Of a stretch of DNA of 64,000 nt, positions 27,780 through 41,420 are shown one piece after another. The stretch lies in NCBI GenBank assembly GCA_964035545.1, contig OZ037772.1, positions 3,253,538 through 3,317,537 on the forward strand. The letters are read 5' to 3'. Both the position numbers and the translations under genes were made by a program. The stretch comes from Bugula neritina (Eukaryota > Animalia > Bryozoa). Below the pieces are notes generated by a model that was given only the letters and a program-made list of their open reading frames with translations, ran no database searches and was not told the DNA's origin. How positions within the stretch are numbered: the stretch's first letter is position 1; every line of letters starts with the position of its first letter.

Positions 27780-30700
27780 ATGGCAGAATCCAGAGTCGTG
27801 AAAAAGAGGCTAAACAATTCATATCGCTGTGGGTACTGCTCGCAGTACTTCAACAAACTTGAAGATCCCAGAACTCTGCCCTGTCTGCATGTGTACTGCA
27901 TGAGATGTTTGAAGACTGACATCGGTGGTAGGAAGGATCATATTAGATGTGCTTATTGTAGGTGAGTTACAGTACATAACACAATATATCATGTCATAGG
28001 CTTGCATATGATTTTCTCACTATCATCTAGGAGTTGTCTGATCTGTGTATATGAAAAGCAAACAATACTGTATATTCTATGTGAACTCTGGTTACTAACT
28101 TGTGGAGTGTGTGGATATCTTTTTATTAGGTTAAAAAGATATCTGTTATGTAGATTGCATCATCAGCTGTCCTTTCTTGTTGAGTTGTGGTGCTGTTGGA
28201 TGTCATGGGATTGGGGTTGTCTCCTCATTATATTATTTTGTTCTCATACAGTACAAGACTTGTTAGACCAACCTTTTTCATATCATTCCCACTTTCATAA
28301 ATGTTTACTATTAATTATCCCCCCTTTATAAAAAAGCGAAAAAATTTATGACTGACATAATGATAATATAGATTACTATGCAATATTTTTTCTCTTACAT
28401 TAGAATATAATATAATTATTTCTGATAATTATATTATGCATGTATAAAACACAGAGCAGTTCAATTATTAATATTATGGCTGCAGCTGATGACATTGTGT
28501 CAGCTTGCTTTCAAACCCCCCACCCCAACCCCTAAACCACAACCCCAATATTGTAATTAAAAACACATTCATGTAGAAGTAGACTGAGATGGCAGAACTG
28601 GTTAAATAGATAAGCCAAGATGAAGGCCTATAGATATACATGTGCATGTAACTTGCAAGAGCTCAAAAGCCTTCAACAAACTGCTTGAAATTTTTTAATC
28701 GAAATCCCAGTTCCCCCTAAAAAGCCCAAGTTTCCTCCTATAGGGAATCTCCCAGATTGGAAATCACTGTGTTGGATTGACTTGTGTTTACTATCTTCTT
28801 TCCTGTGATTAGAAACATGTATGATGTTCTCATGGCAACAGAGTTGCTGTGGCACAAAGTACAGTTTGCTAGTATGTAGTGATTGTGTAGTGAGAGTGGA
28901 GTGTCTGGTTATTGTCCATGGTTATGTGTAATCTGTAAGGAGTAGAATTATATTATTTTAATAAACATTATATTTTAATATATTAACATTATATTTTAAT
29001 ATAGTGTTGAGAGAGGTACTTTTATAATGGCAGTTTGCTCAATAGCTTTAGTTCTAATGCGATAGACTCATAGCTCTGGAGTCTAGCAGCTGCTACTATT
29101 ACCACTAGCTGTTCAAAATTCGGCCAACATCCGGGCTGCCAAAGTGTAATAGCCATTGGCAAGGCCAAGCAGTCACTGAGAAATTGTTAGATTAAAGAGC
29201 AGGTCTTATGAGAATTAGTAGTCAGTCCCTTAGACAGGAATCAGTGATTCTGTGACCTATTTAGTTAAATCCAGAGCTGAACTTTTGATTGATTATTAGA
29301 TAGCCATCACAATTGTATTTGGTGGTAAGTTGTACAATATAATATTATGGGGTGTCAATCAGTGTCTAATATAATCTGTGAATTGAGTGTCTACCATCAG
29401 TCAGTTGTATTAAGTGTTACTTTGTATTGAGTGATGAATAGTGTTGAGGATTTGGGCCTATATTATGCCACCCCCCCCCCCTCTGACTTAGACTGTGACC
29501 CAGTCTGCTGCACATACATAGCAGTACTACACTGAAGATAGTTAACATGTGTATATATCATATACATATATATATATAACATAACTATATATATACATGC
29601 ATATATCATCCTACTAGTAATGGATTACTAAGTACAGCTTATTCTATGACTCACTCTTCTTATGATAGCTGCATGAGATAGACAACTCACACGTGACACG
29701 CACTCACAGTGCACTAGCTCTTGACACATTGCCAAGGATGATGAAATGACAGTTTCGCGCCACTCCTAGCAGTTAGAGTGGCAGGGAATAGTTGTAGTAT
29801 GTTGTAGTATTGGCTCCTCAGAATTCACCCCTCAGTAATTAGTTGCATTGCACAAACTTGCAACAATAGTGAATAATTATTGACAATATGGCCTCCACTC
29901 AGTAGTTAACTAGTAATTTGTCTTGTCATTTTACTCTACAAGTTACAGTTGAGTCTATTTGTTGAGTAGCAGTTCTTTGTCATGAGTGACTATTTTCCAG
30001 TATATTAAGTACATAATATAGTCAAGTGATTTTTGTGGTAGCCTGTGGTCTATATAATGAATGTGTGTTGATGAGTGATGAGTATTTATTCAAGTATTTG
30101 TCAAGGGCATAGCTGTGTGTGTGGATGGAGTATTTCATTACTTGAGATATACTAAACACAGCTAACACAGGTAACATACTGATTGCTATATGTTGTAGAA
30201 AAGATCACTATGACATAACAGATCCCACTACACTACCAGTAGCTCAGCATGGAGACCCCTTAGAATACAAGTCTCCACCCAAACCTGCACCCATTCCCTG
30301 TGATGTGTGTAAAGGTGGAACACAAGCTGCTGTGTTTTGTGTCGACAGTCAAAAAAAGTTGTGTCAGCAGCATCAAGAAGTGAGTCTTTCTCATGTCATT
30401 TCTCAAGATTAGTTACTAAACCAGTTCTGTGTTGTGTGTAGAATATTATTGAAAAGAAATATTGAGTCTGTAGGACTTTTTATACCAAACGCACAGTTTC
30501 ACAGTGCAGTGAGTCAACTATGACAGACTTGTTGGTGAAAATACAACCAACTAAACTGTTGACCTTTATTATACAGAATCACAGAGAGCTGATGGGAGAT
30601 AGACATCAGTTTATTGACATTGAGGTCTACAGAGCTTCTCCCCAAAGATATACTATAGCTGAGTGTGAACATCATAAACAGGAACAGCTGACAGAAGTGT

Positions 30701-33700
30701 GTTCCAAGTGTTACCAGATATTCTGTATGAGATGTGATATGAGGACTGGCTGTAAGGATAAGACAGGTATTTACTTGCTGTTTCTATTTCTGTAGAAAGA
30801 AACTAAGAAATGTTACAAGAACCTGTTATTTATTATTTTATTATTAAAGTGAGTTATGTAACAGTAAAAGAGGAAGTCAATTTGTCAGCATTAAGGTTTG
30901 TGTGAGACAGAAGTGGATAGTGCAGGAGTTTATATTCTCACTGTTATGTTGAATATTTAGTATATTTCATCCTTCAAGTGTCTGTTTCCTTGATAAGATG
31001 GCATAGGCATAGCTTTAACTCAGTGGTGTCCCACCTTCTTCATACCATCCTCCTTTTTATGATTATTTTCTATTAAGTTTCCGCCTTTTTGATAAAATTG
31101 TAATTTCATTTATAAAGAAAATCTGGGACAGGTTGTTTTCCTAATAATTCATTGAGTGTAGAAAAAATCACTTTGTGTTTGACATGAATTAGTGTCTGCC
31201 ACAGCTTCAGTTCAGCTTTGAAAGCATTGATGCTGCTATTAAAAGCAATGAGTTGATAATCACCGGCTTTCCATGTACCGATCTCAGTGAGATCGATCCA
31301 TGGAAAGACGCCAAAGATCGATCTTTGTCGATCTGAGCTGGTCGGTCTGTAGAGCTCGAACTCAGATCGATCTCATGTCAATAAGACCATGGAAAGACGC
31401 CAGATCGATCTGAGAAGGAGAAAAAGACTGCACGCTACAATGTTGTCTGCTAATAAAATGATAACTTATTGATAACTACTAAGCAAAGTAATAAATAATT
31501 ATGATAGCCACCTTTTCAGATGCCAAAACTTTGACTTTCAGTACAATGATTAAGAAAACTCAATTATATGCAGTAGAAAGGTAAAAAAATGGGAGAATTT
31601 AAATTGAATTTAAATGACCATTAAAACTTGGTTTTATTAGCAATTTTCTTTGTAATTTTAAGCCTAACAGTCCTGTAAGTTTATTAATAATCTGCAAGAC
31701 AGCCATTAATTTTATATAAGCTGTCAAGCTAAAAAATTAAAATTAATTGTTTTAAATTGGCCAAATTACCATACAATGAAAGCTTTGCTGCGTATAGTTT
31801 ATAGCTGGGATTAAATTTTAGACTATGACTATCTTGTTTTCAACAGTAGTAGCTTTAATCACTCAAATAGGTGAACAAAATATACTTTTAAAACATCCTT
31901 CACTAAGGAGGAGGCAACTTCGCGAGATCGATCTGACACTCTCATGGAAAAACGATCGATCTGAGCACATTTCTCAGATCGATCTCAGTGAGATCGATCT
32001 GAGATCGGTACATGGAAAGCCCGTGAATTATACTCATTCATTTTAGGTTCAGAGTTTTTAGTACAGCAAATATATCTACTAGGTATGCAGTAAATAGTTT
32101 GTGACGATCAGTTCTACTGACTGCAAAAACTTCCTGTTGGTTTTTACTTTCAATAAACCTTTTAGCCTCCATTCGTAGTAGGAGGGGTAGCAGCTAGAGT
32201 AGAGTGAATATTAGACACATGGATGTAGAAGTAAACTTAGATTGTAGAGTGTAATGTGGATAAATAAATGAACTACATAAAATGAAGGAGTTATAATTAT
32301 ACATATTCATGTAACCTGGAACACAAGGCAAGAGCTCAGAAAGCTGATAACAAACTCTGTGAAATTTTAGAAATGAAAACCCCTAAAAAACTCAAATTTC
32401 CTGTGAAGGGGAAATTCCCCAAGGTTGAGAGCAACTGCTTTAATTTTTTCAACTATTTCATTCCAAGTGCAGTGATTAATGAGCTAACCTCTGACATCTT
32501 TCTAGTCCAACCAACTGTCTAATTATCACATAGTATGTGTATAGTGATACATCACTACCTGTAGTTACAGGTAGTAGGTGTAAAATAAGTACAATGTCAT
32601 ATCTATAACAATGTTTTTATAAATAGTGTGATTTTATGTATACAGAGGAGACAGTAGCATTCCATGACTTGGCATCTTTGAGTGATTTGTCTTGTGAGTT
32701 ACGAGAAAGTCTGACTGGTGGAATAGAGACTCTGTCTGAGAAAGTTGCTGAGTTGAATGACATCTCAAAGGATGCCTGGAAGGAACTGAGTAAAATAGAA
32801 GATGAAGTGAAGAAGATGGTTGCCAGAGTAAACGCTGTAGCTGACGCTCAGGTATGCTGACATGGTGATGTCATGTAATATTATTTCTGTTTGTCTGAAA
32901 TTGGAATTTGCATTTGGTCTTTGAGTTGTAATCAGAAATGAATTTTATTTGCCACTAGAATTAACTGGCCATTAAAGTATTATCATTCTGTGTACAAGTA
33001 GCAGTAGTCATTCATCACATGTTACTCAGTGCAGAGGAACCTGTCAATACAGATGACTCACTCATCCTTCTGCAACTGTCAATCACTCATACAGAGAGGT
33101 TGGCTGTCTGAGTGATTGACAGGTGTCAGGATGAGGAGACTAGTCACGTGATATACTAGCTCTCTGCTCTGTATCTAGGGTGTCACGTGACTGAGTCATT
33201 GTCCACTCAGTGGGTGATCTGTCTCTTTCATTTCGAGTGCAGAGGTTGTGAGGTGCAGATGTGGTTACACTGTGTTACTATTTATTAGATAGAAGAGATT
33301 AGAAAGAGAGCTACAAACCTGAGGCTAGAAATATATGGATATTTGAAGAGCTGCACACAGATAGTGGATAATTATAGAATAGAGCTGGCCTTGAGTAAGA
33401 CAATGGGCAGACAGTCTCTGCTGGACACAGTGCAACATGCAGTCGATAAATTCAATGATGCAGAGATTGTGAGAGACTACAAAGAGATGAGTGAGAAGAT
33501 GGAAAAGGCTACAGATATTGGTGTAATAGAGAAGTGTGTACTTCCAGACAGCATCTTGGTACCAACATGTAGGTGGAGTCTATAAATAGTAACACTAACT
33601 ATAAATAACTTTCTGCTTGTAATCAGTTGAATTGCTTTCACTGAATATTTTAATAGTAGAATAAGTAGATAGAGTTTATTTATTAGAGAATTGAGTTTTG

Positions 33701-36491
33701 TTCTACTCTCACATTATGAGACATTTCTGCAGTGTTTCAGAGTTTATGATGTATAAGTGACCTGCTAAACTGTGTTATGCTGACTACCTGCTGTCAGTAT
33801 TAACAAGATATTCTCACTTAGACCTGCGCATCACGTAGCAACTTGTAGTAACTACAGACTGCTTGTATTTAAAACATCTTTTTATTTTAAGTTTGAAAAG
33901 CTGTTCCCACCTCCTCAGGTGATGAGATTCTCAAGTTATAGAATTGTTATTTTGTTGTTGCAGACAGTGAAGACAGTCTGGGACTGAAGCTGCTGCAGCC
34001 ACCATCTTCTCTACAGTCTGATGGACTTCCTGTACGTGACTCGTGTATCACAGTAAACATCTCAGCTGATGGACATCTGATGTGTCAGATATCAGGAGGT
34101 GTAGAAGTAATAAATAGAGAGACTCTGGGTACTATCAGCTCAGTGGAGGACACCAACACTACAGGGTGGGGGGAGATAATCCAACCTGAAGGGGTGATGG
34201 TTGGCAGCTCGTATAACAGAGAGGAGAAAACAGCTGAAGTCTCACTTCTTGATCCGAACTCCTTTGAGAAGTCTCGCTCCCTCTACAAGCAGCCAGTAGA
34301 TGGATTCTTCACTGACTATAGAATAGCTCAGCACGACTCACTGCTCTATATTGTAGACAGGAGTGAGAAACAGCTGGTAGTCTGTAACCTAGTTGACAAT
34401 AAAATACAGAAGTTCCCACTTCCTGAGATGAAGAACCCTCGACCTGTATGCATCCTTCCAGACTCATCTCTCCTCATAGGAGACTGGACTGAAGATGGTA
34501 AAGTGAGAAGATATAAAGTGGAGAACACAACTCTCACTCTAATGTGGGAGTTCCCTCACATCTCAGTACCAACTGGTATTTCCTTTGATCCAACATCTGA
34601 ACTGATTCACATCTGTACAGTGGGAGGACCTCTCCTCATCCTCTCACTTGAAGGTAAATACTCTGTTTATTATAGTAAGTTTAGTTATTTATATATAATT
34701 ATGTTGCAGTAAATAATATATTTTAATAATTAACAGTAAACAACTTCCACTCATAAGATATATTATGATATTGTTAGTATTTATCAAGTCACTGATGTTA
34801 TTTTTAGCTAAAAGTTATGTAATAAGTTATGCAATAAGTTTATTTCCAGCTGTAGTAACATGCAGGATGTAAGCAGAGGTAAAAGTGTATATTATACTGT
34901 AGTGCCCATAACACACTACAGTCGAAACGCGACTGTGGCGGCCATTTTGGAGCTGCTTGCGCATGCCTTCAACGTCACGTCCTACTTTTTGCTGGTCACA
35001 CTACAGTTCACTACAAACGATGAAAGCTAACTGTCTCTAGCCCCGCAGTAAACTTTTAACCAATAGGAATGCCATAACTCAGTTTCTGCAGTAGCCACAG
35101 TAACCAACAATCAAATTTAACGCAATTTTTTGAGATTTACTAGCATAATTTAATAAGATTTTTTAGTTATTTTTATTCTAATTTACTAGCTTCAATTATT
35201 CAAAATTACTAGCTTTATTCAATGATGTTACTTGGCTTTATTCAAGCTCATTCACTAGCCTAAAGAACTAAATAGTACGCTAATAAAATTCAACCATATT
35301 AGAAAAACTAAATATGCAGATAAAATTCAGCAAAATTTATCTAATGAATACTTATTTTCATGATTTATTGAAATTTTCATACATAACTTCATCATAATTA
35401 TTTTAAAAGTAAAATAATATAATTTTCGAAGAACCAAATCAAATAATAATGCTCGCTAGTAGCACGTGGAAAAAGTAAAAGCACTTAACCAATCAGGGTT
35501 CACCTGGCCAGTCAGTGATTGGCTGATCGCTCAACTTCAGCGATGACAGTTGAACATGTTGAACTTTCATCGCATCGCGAAAAACTGACAGTTGCGTTCA
35601 GTTGTGACGTCACAGAGGTCATCGCTTAGCCTCGAAAACGCGTTCAAGATGGCCGTTTTGACTGTAGTGTGGCAGCCCCATATAGGTTTAAGGTGTACTC
35701 TGTGTAGTGTGCAGTGAGCTCTCAGTAAACTCTCTATTCAGTCTTCCTTTCCAAGGGTTCACCTGGTAGAGTAGAGGATAGGGACTCCACACTGCTAAGT
35801 GAGTTGGTGCTGCAAGGGGTTCAAACCCACCTATCAGCATGACTAGTTAGTATACTATGCAAGTGTTTTACAGTAATTTTAGAGGTGCTCAGTCTAACAA
35901 CTGTACAGACTGCCAGCTACACATGAGTTATAAGTTGTAGTTTGGCTTCAGTCTAGTGCTGCTGTTGTTTTGGTTATCAGATAATTTAAATGTAAATAAT
36001 TTGATACTTTTTGACTGCCATTGCTGAGACTATTGTAATTTGATGATGGCTGGTAGAGCAGTGTTTTCTGGTGGGACTTAGTTGGCTGTGGTTGGTTCTT
36101 GTCAAGTATTTAATATGTGATAATGTTGGAGTAGCTGCAGTATTATTAGAAGTAGACATATGGGTGTGTTCTTGCTCAGAGCCACAGGCTAAGTTTGTGG
36201 GTCAAGGTCAATACAGTTGTATAAGGAGACACTATTTTCTGCTGTTTGAATATTTACTTCATGCATGTAACCTGCTTAGTTCCATCTTTAAAGGCAGTCT
36301 GTCTGTTTCTCTCAATACACACCAACTGATACAATATGATGCTATTATTTACAGGTCAACTGGTGCTTACAGTTCCCAGAGAAAGTCTTGGTGTGAGTGA
36401 CTGGGTGTGGGACATTGCTGTGTATAACAGAGACACAGTGTTTCTAGCATGTAGTTATGATGGTCTGAGGAGATACACAATAAAATACTAA
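27780..36491 (+). CDS. Tripartite-motif (TRIM) E3 ligase-like protein, 621 aa: RING, two B-boxes, coiled coil, NHL-like beta-propeller. Exons 27780-27961, 30199-30379, 30577-30766, 32646-32851, 33289-33568, 33964-34653, 36355-36491
   Basis: C3HC4 RING (CGYC...LPCLHVYCMRC...CAYC), B-boxes CDVC...FCVDSQKKLCQQH and CEHH...CSKC...CMRC; all introns GT-AG and phase-compatible; 1866 nt open to TAA. Confidence 0.88.
31021..32437. mobile_element. hAT-like non-autonomous element in a TRIM intron
   Basis: CAGTG...CAACTG termini with 8-bp flanks CTTTAACT / CTTTAATT; a second copy lies at about 6905-7380. Confidence 0.7.
31261..32025. mobile_element. MITE with long GATC-rich TIRs, nested in the hAT-like element
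   Basis: CACCGGCTTTCCATGTACCGATCTCAG / CTGAGATCGGTACATGGAAAGCCCGTG; AAT on both sides; second copy at 39860. Confidence 0.88.
34912..35671. mobile_element. MITE in the last TRIM intron
   Basis: TIR CACACTACAGTCGAAAC / GTTTTGACTGTAGTGTG. Confidence 0.7.
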
Positions 36492-36668
36492 ACTTATCAG
36501 CTACAGTTTACTAATAATCAGCTCAGTGAGGTACTGAGAGATAAAATGGATAATATTTGTCATCAACATAGTTATATTCATTACAATTCATCAATACACA
36601 CACTCTGTATTTATAGTTGGATATGACATGTTTTACTGTATCAAATATTTGTTGCTATTTTACTATCT

Positions 36669-36674
36669 AATAAA
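36669..36674 (+). terminator. Candidate polyadenylation signal of the TRIM gene
   Basis: AATAAA about 180 nt after the stop, followed by T/GT-rich sequence. Confidence 0.55.
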
Positions 36675-37211
36675 GTTTATTTGTTAGTGAAAATATAGTC
36701 TGTTTTCATGCCTCATTAGCTTTAGTTCAAGTTGAGTTTGGTTAGTAAAAATAATCTATACTGGAGCAGTAACTGTAAATGACTTGTTTGTGGGAGAATT
36801 TATTCACTGAATTGACATGCAGGTGCAAGTACCTCCAACATGACTAAGTAAATTTATTCCAACCATTCATAATAATATACATTCCATTGCTGTGTACAAC
36901 AGCATTGAGTAGCCAATCAAATTGTTTCTTGTCATGCAATCAGGAATCTGATAAATAATATATAAGGCAATCAACTAGATATAAACACTGTATTACTCTA
37001 CACATGAGCTGTCTATGATACAGCTGTTTTGTAAACTGTGTGTAATTTGATGAGTTTAGTTCAATTGGTTGCAGTTTAATTGACATGTTCCCCATTCACC
37101 TGGTAGAAATACCTTGTGTGCACAGACAAGTTGTAATGACTAACAGAAACTTTTTCAGTAGGTTCCAGTTCATCTTGAATATAATAGTACAGCTTGTTGT
37201 CATTTGGTCTC

Positions 37212-37602
37212 CATAGTATTGATGGTACACTACCTTGTTTGGCCTCAATAGTATTGATAGTATACTACCTTGTTTGGCCTCAATAGTATTGATGGTAGAC
37301 TACCTTGTTTAGCCTCACTAGTATTGATGGTACACTACCTTGTCTGGCCTTAATATTATAGATGGTATATTACCTTGTTTGGCCTCAATAGTATTGATGG
37401 TAGACTACCTTGTTTAGCCTCAATAGTATTGGTGGTAGACTACCTTGTTTGGCCTCAATAGTATTGATGGTATACTACCTTGTTTGGCCTCAATAGTATT
37501 GATGGTATACTACTTTGTTTGGCCTCAATAGTGTTGATGGTAGACTACCTTGTTTGGCCTCAATAGTATAGATGGTACACTACCTTGTTTGGCCTCAATA
37601 GT
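37212..37602. repeat. 35-bp minisatellite, about 11 copies
   Basis: AATAGTATTGATGGTAGACTACCTTGTTTGGCCTC in tandem. Confidence 0.95.
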
Positions 37603-39328
37603 CTTGCTAACAGCACAACTTACAAGATTCAACTAATTTAACTTGTTGAGATTTACATGAATATAATACATATGAAATGTGAAAATAGCATTAAAAGTCA
37701 AGCAAGGAATTCACATTTTGACACAATTATATACTTTCACTTGAAGGTAAGCTTGATGAACCAATATGAACTGTTCACAGAGTTTACTGTGTAGGATTTG
37801 CACCTAGAATATTTAGTTACATCAGAGCTAAGTGAAAAATCTAACAGTTGATTCATTCTGTTGAAAGTTAATGTGTTGAGTATTGATCTTATTACCCAAC
37901 TTCACCCTTTTTACTGTAGAGTTTGTTGATGTAAGTTCACTTAATTAAACTATCCTCATGCAAGGGGTGGGAGTGGAATATTATTGTGAATTTATGCTTT
38001 ACTTGTTATTATAGGGTCTATTTAGGCAAAGCTATTTCACCAGGTTTGTGATTGCTAACACTTTATTCTATTTATTTCAAGATACTAATAAAACTGTACA
38101 ACTATCAAAAACACGTTCCATAATAAGAGAGAGAATATACAAGACTTTACAATAACAATTCCAAGTGCTCTCTGCCTGCTAGTCAAATAGACTAGGGCCG
38201 ACTACAAGTATTCAGCTCCGCCTACTACTAATTATTAACAGTCACTGATTGGCCATCACGATGGCACCATCACACTAGTTGATCTGCATGCTGCAAAATG
38301 CATCATGTCCTCTAGTTAAAGTGTGTGCGTGGAGTTGTCCTTTCGATATAATAACATAATGTACAAAATCTCTGCAATATGCCATCTGGGATATCTGTAT
38401 GAGAAACTTAACCAATCAACTAGCAGCATCTTCACTATTCAATGAAATTATCAAACTATATTATTCAACTGTAACATTATCCTAGTGAAACCTCTTAACT
38501 GTTCCTCCTATTCACTAATCATCAAATTATTCTCCTCTACCAAATCAATACATTGTGCAGACTCCATATTTAATCACCTCTACATACAGTTTATATTCTA
38601 GCTATCAGAGTCATGATTCTACATCACATGAATGTTCTCTACTTTAACAAGAGAATAACCAACTATAAAAACCTGCTATAGCACACAATATAGCAACCTG
38701 TTATAACATGACATACAGTACATCAATATTCATTCACTACACAAAATATCTCAATACACATAACAACTGGAGCTGCTGAAGTTCAATGGCTTATACAAGT
38801 TGAATTGAACAAAACACTAAGTTGTTCTTCAGCATATCAACTAGTATGGGTAGTGTGGAGAGATCTTTTATATATATAAAAACTTGTGTTTGAAGGAAAT
38901 ATTAAATTATATTATTCCTCTTAGCATCACATGTAGCATGAATATCAACTTATAGTTAGTGAGTTACTAGAAGTTTCTTTGTAACGGAAACCAGTCCGGG
39001 TTCCCCTGCAGTTCCATCTTAACGAGTCTGGCCTGAGCTGAGGTCACCGCATGATGACATCATTCACTAGGTTCTTCTTGGTGTCTGGAAATTTTCCACC
39101 AGTTACTCCAGTGACTGAAAATGAAGTACTAATACCAGTGACTCGGTCTCAAACTTACTTACTGAGTCATTGTGATTATTAGTTGATGACTTAATGTTAT
39201 AGTTAACTTATAGTCCTACTGACACTAATAGCTAATGTGCCATTCAGTCTCATCTTCATTCTCAGTAATTGTAATACTGATATTAAGACTAACTAACGCC
39301 TAATGCTAAGTTCAACTACTAATTATTA

Positions 39329-39329
<1 letters not shown>

Positions 39330-39378
<49 letters not shown>

Positions 39379-39430
39379 GAAGTAGTGGTGGTGGTGATGG
39401 CGGTAGCGGTAGCAGTAGTAATGGGAGTAC

Positions 39431-39465
<35 letters not shown>

Positions 39466-39496
39466 CTAGTAGTAGTAGTAGTAGTAGTAGTAGTAC

Positions 39497-39549
<53 letters not shown>

Positions 39550-39550
39550 C

Positions 39551-39582
<32 letters not shown>

Positions 39583-39652
39583 CTAGTAGTAGTAGTAGTA
39601 CTAGTAGTAGTAGTAGTAGTAGTACTAGTAGTAGTAGTAGTAGTAGTAGTAC

Positions 39653-39705
<53 letters not shown>

Positions 39706-39729
39706 CTAGTAGTAGTAGTAGTAGTAGTA
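39330..39729. repeat. Compound (ACT)n then (TAG)n microsatellite
   Basis: Direct inspection; source of the poly-T, poly-S and poly-V ORFs. Confidence 0.97.
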
Positions 39730-39859
39730 TGACAGCGCTTCTTCATAGGATCTGCCAGTCACCCAGTAGTTGTTGTCACTAAACTATGTAAAATATATAG
39801 AGGTTAAAAGGTCACTAAACTATGTAAAATATATAGAGGTCAAGAGGTCACCAGACTAT

Positions 39860-40310
39860 CACCGGCTTTCCATGTACCGATCTCAGATCGATCTCAGCGA
39901 GATCGATCCATGGAAAGACGCCAAAGATCGATCTCCGTCGATCTGAGCTGGTCGGTCTGTGGAGCTCGAACTCAGATCAATCTCATGTCAATAAGACCAT
40001 GGAAAGACACCAGATCGATCTGAGAAGTAGAAAAAGACTGCGTGATACAATGTTGTCTGCTAATAAAAATGATAACTTATTGATAATTACTAAGCAAAGT
40101 ATTAAATAATCATGATAGCCGCCTTTTCAGATGCCAAAACTTTGACTTTCAGTACAATGATTAAGAAAACTCAATTACATGCAGAAGAAGGTAAAAAAAA
40201 TGGGAGAATTTAAATTGAGTTCAAATGACTATATTAAAACTCAGTTTCATTAGCTATTTCCTTTGTAATTTTAAGCCTAACAGTCCTGTAAGTTTATTAA
40301 TAATCTGCAA
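39860..40310. mobile_element. Truncated second copy of the 31261-32025 MITE
   Basis: Matches 31261 to about 31697, then ends at a minisatellite. Confidence 0.88.
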
Positions 40311-40527
40311 GGGCCACACCCACTCCCGAAAGGGCCACACCCACTCCAGAAAGGGCCACACCCACTCAAGAAAGGGCCACACCTATTCAAGAAAGGGCCA
40401 CACCCACTCCAGAAAGGGCCACACCCACTCCAGAAAGGGCCACACTTACTCCAGAAAGGGTCACACCCACTCCCGAAAGGGCCACACCCACTTCAGAAAG
40501 GGCCACACCCACTTCAGAAATGGCCAC
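40311..40527. repeat. 21-bp minisatellite, about 10 copies
   Basis: GGGCCACACCCACTCCAGAAA in tandem. Confidence 0.95.
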
Positions 40528-40814
40528 ATTAAAGGGAATTCATAGTTTATCAACATAAACATAGTCTGTGGTGAATATTAGGTCTGTGCTAAACCCACTT
40601 GCTTTCTGTAAATAACACAAGACAAAATGAAGAATGACTCATACCTCAGCCTTAGGTTGCCCCTGGATCTGCACAAAGTAGGCTGGTATTCTGTGCCCCC
40701 ACCATAGCTGTCTGGAGATACACCAGTCCCTGGAGTTCCTCAGCCATTTGTACCAAGTGACTGTGTGATAGTCTGGTATGATCTTTAGCTTGCCTGATTC
40801 TACTACCTGCAGTA

Positions 40815-41420
40815 TACATACTATGCTATATATATACTATACTATAGATATACTATGCTATAGATATACTATACTATAGATATACTATGCTATAGATATA
40901 CTATGCTATAGATATACTATACTATAGATATACTATGCTATAGATATACTATGCTATAGATATACTATACTATAGATATACTATGCTATAGATATACTAT
41001 ACTATAGATATACTATGCTATAGATATACTATGCTATATATATACTATACTATATATATACTATGCTATAGATATACTATACTATAGATATACTATACTA
41101 TAGATATACTATGCTATAGATATACTATACTATAGATATACTATGCTATAGATATACTATGCTATAGATATACTATACTATATATATACTATACTATATA
41201 TATACTATGCTATAGATATACTATACTATAGATATACTATACTATAGATATACTATGCTATAGATATACTATACTATAGATATACTATACTATAGATATA
41301 CTATGCTATAGATATACTATGCTATAGATATACTATACTATAGATATACTATACTATAGACATACTATACTATAGATATACTATACTATAGATATACTAT
41401 GCTATAGACATACTATACAG
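40815..41420. repeat. 16-bp minisatellite (GATATACTATRCTATA)n, intronic
   Basis: Tandem repeat. Confidence 0.95.

Noticed and set aside
39040-39115. Possible minus-strand terminal exon (VTGVTGGKFPDTKKNLVNDVIMR*)
   Set aside because: Short, not ValRS-like, and phase-incompatible with the last ValRS exon
39303-39782. Poly-Ser, poly-Thr and poly-Val ORFs
   Set aside because: Trinucleotide microsatellite artefacts
40225-40545. ORF with KGHTHSR repeats
   Set aside because: MITE fragment running into a 21-bp minisatellite
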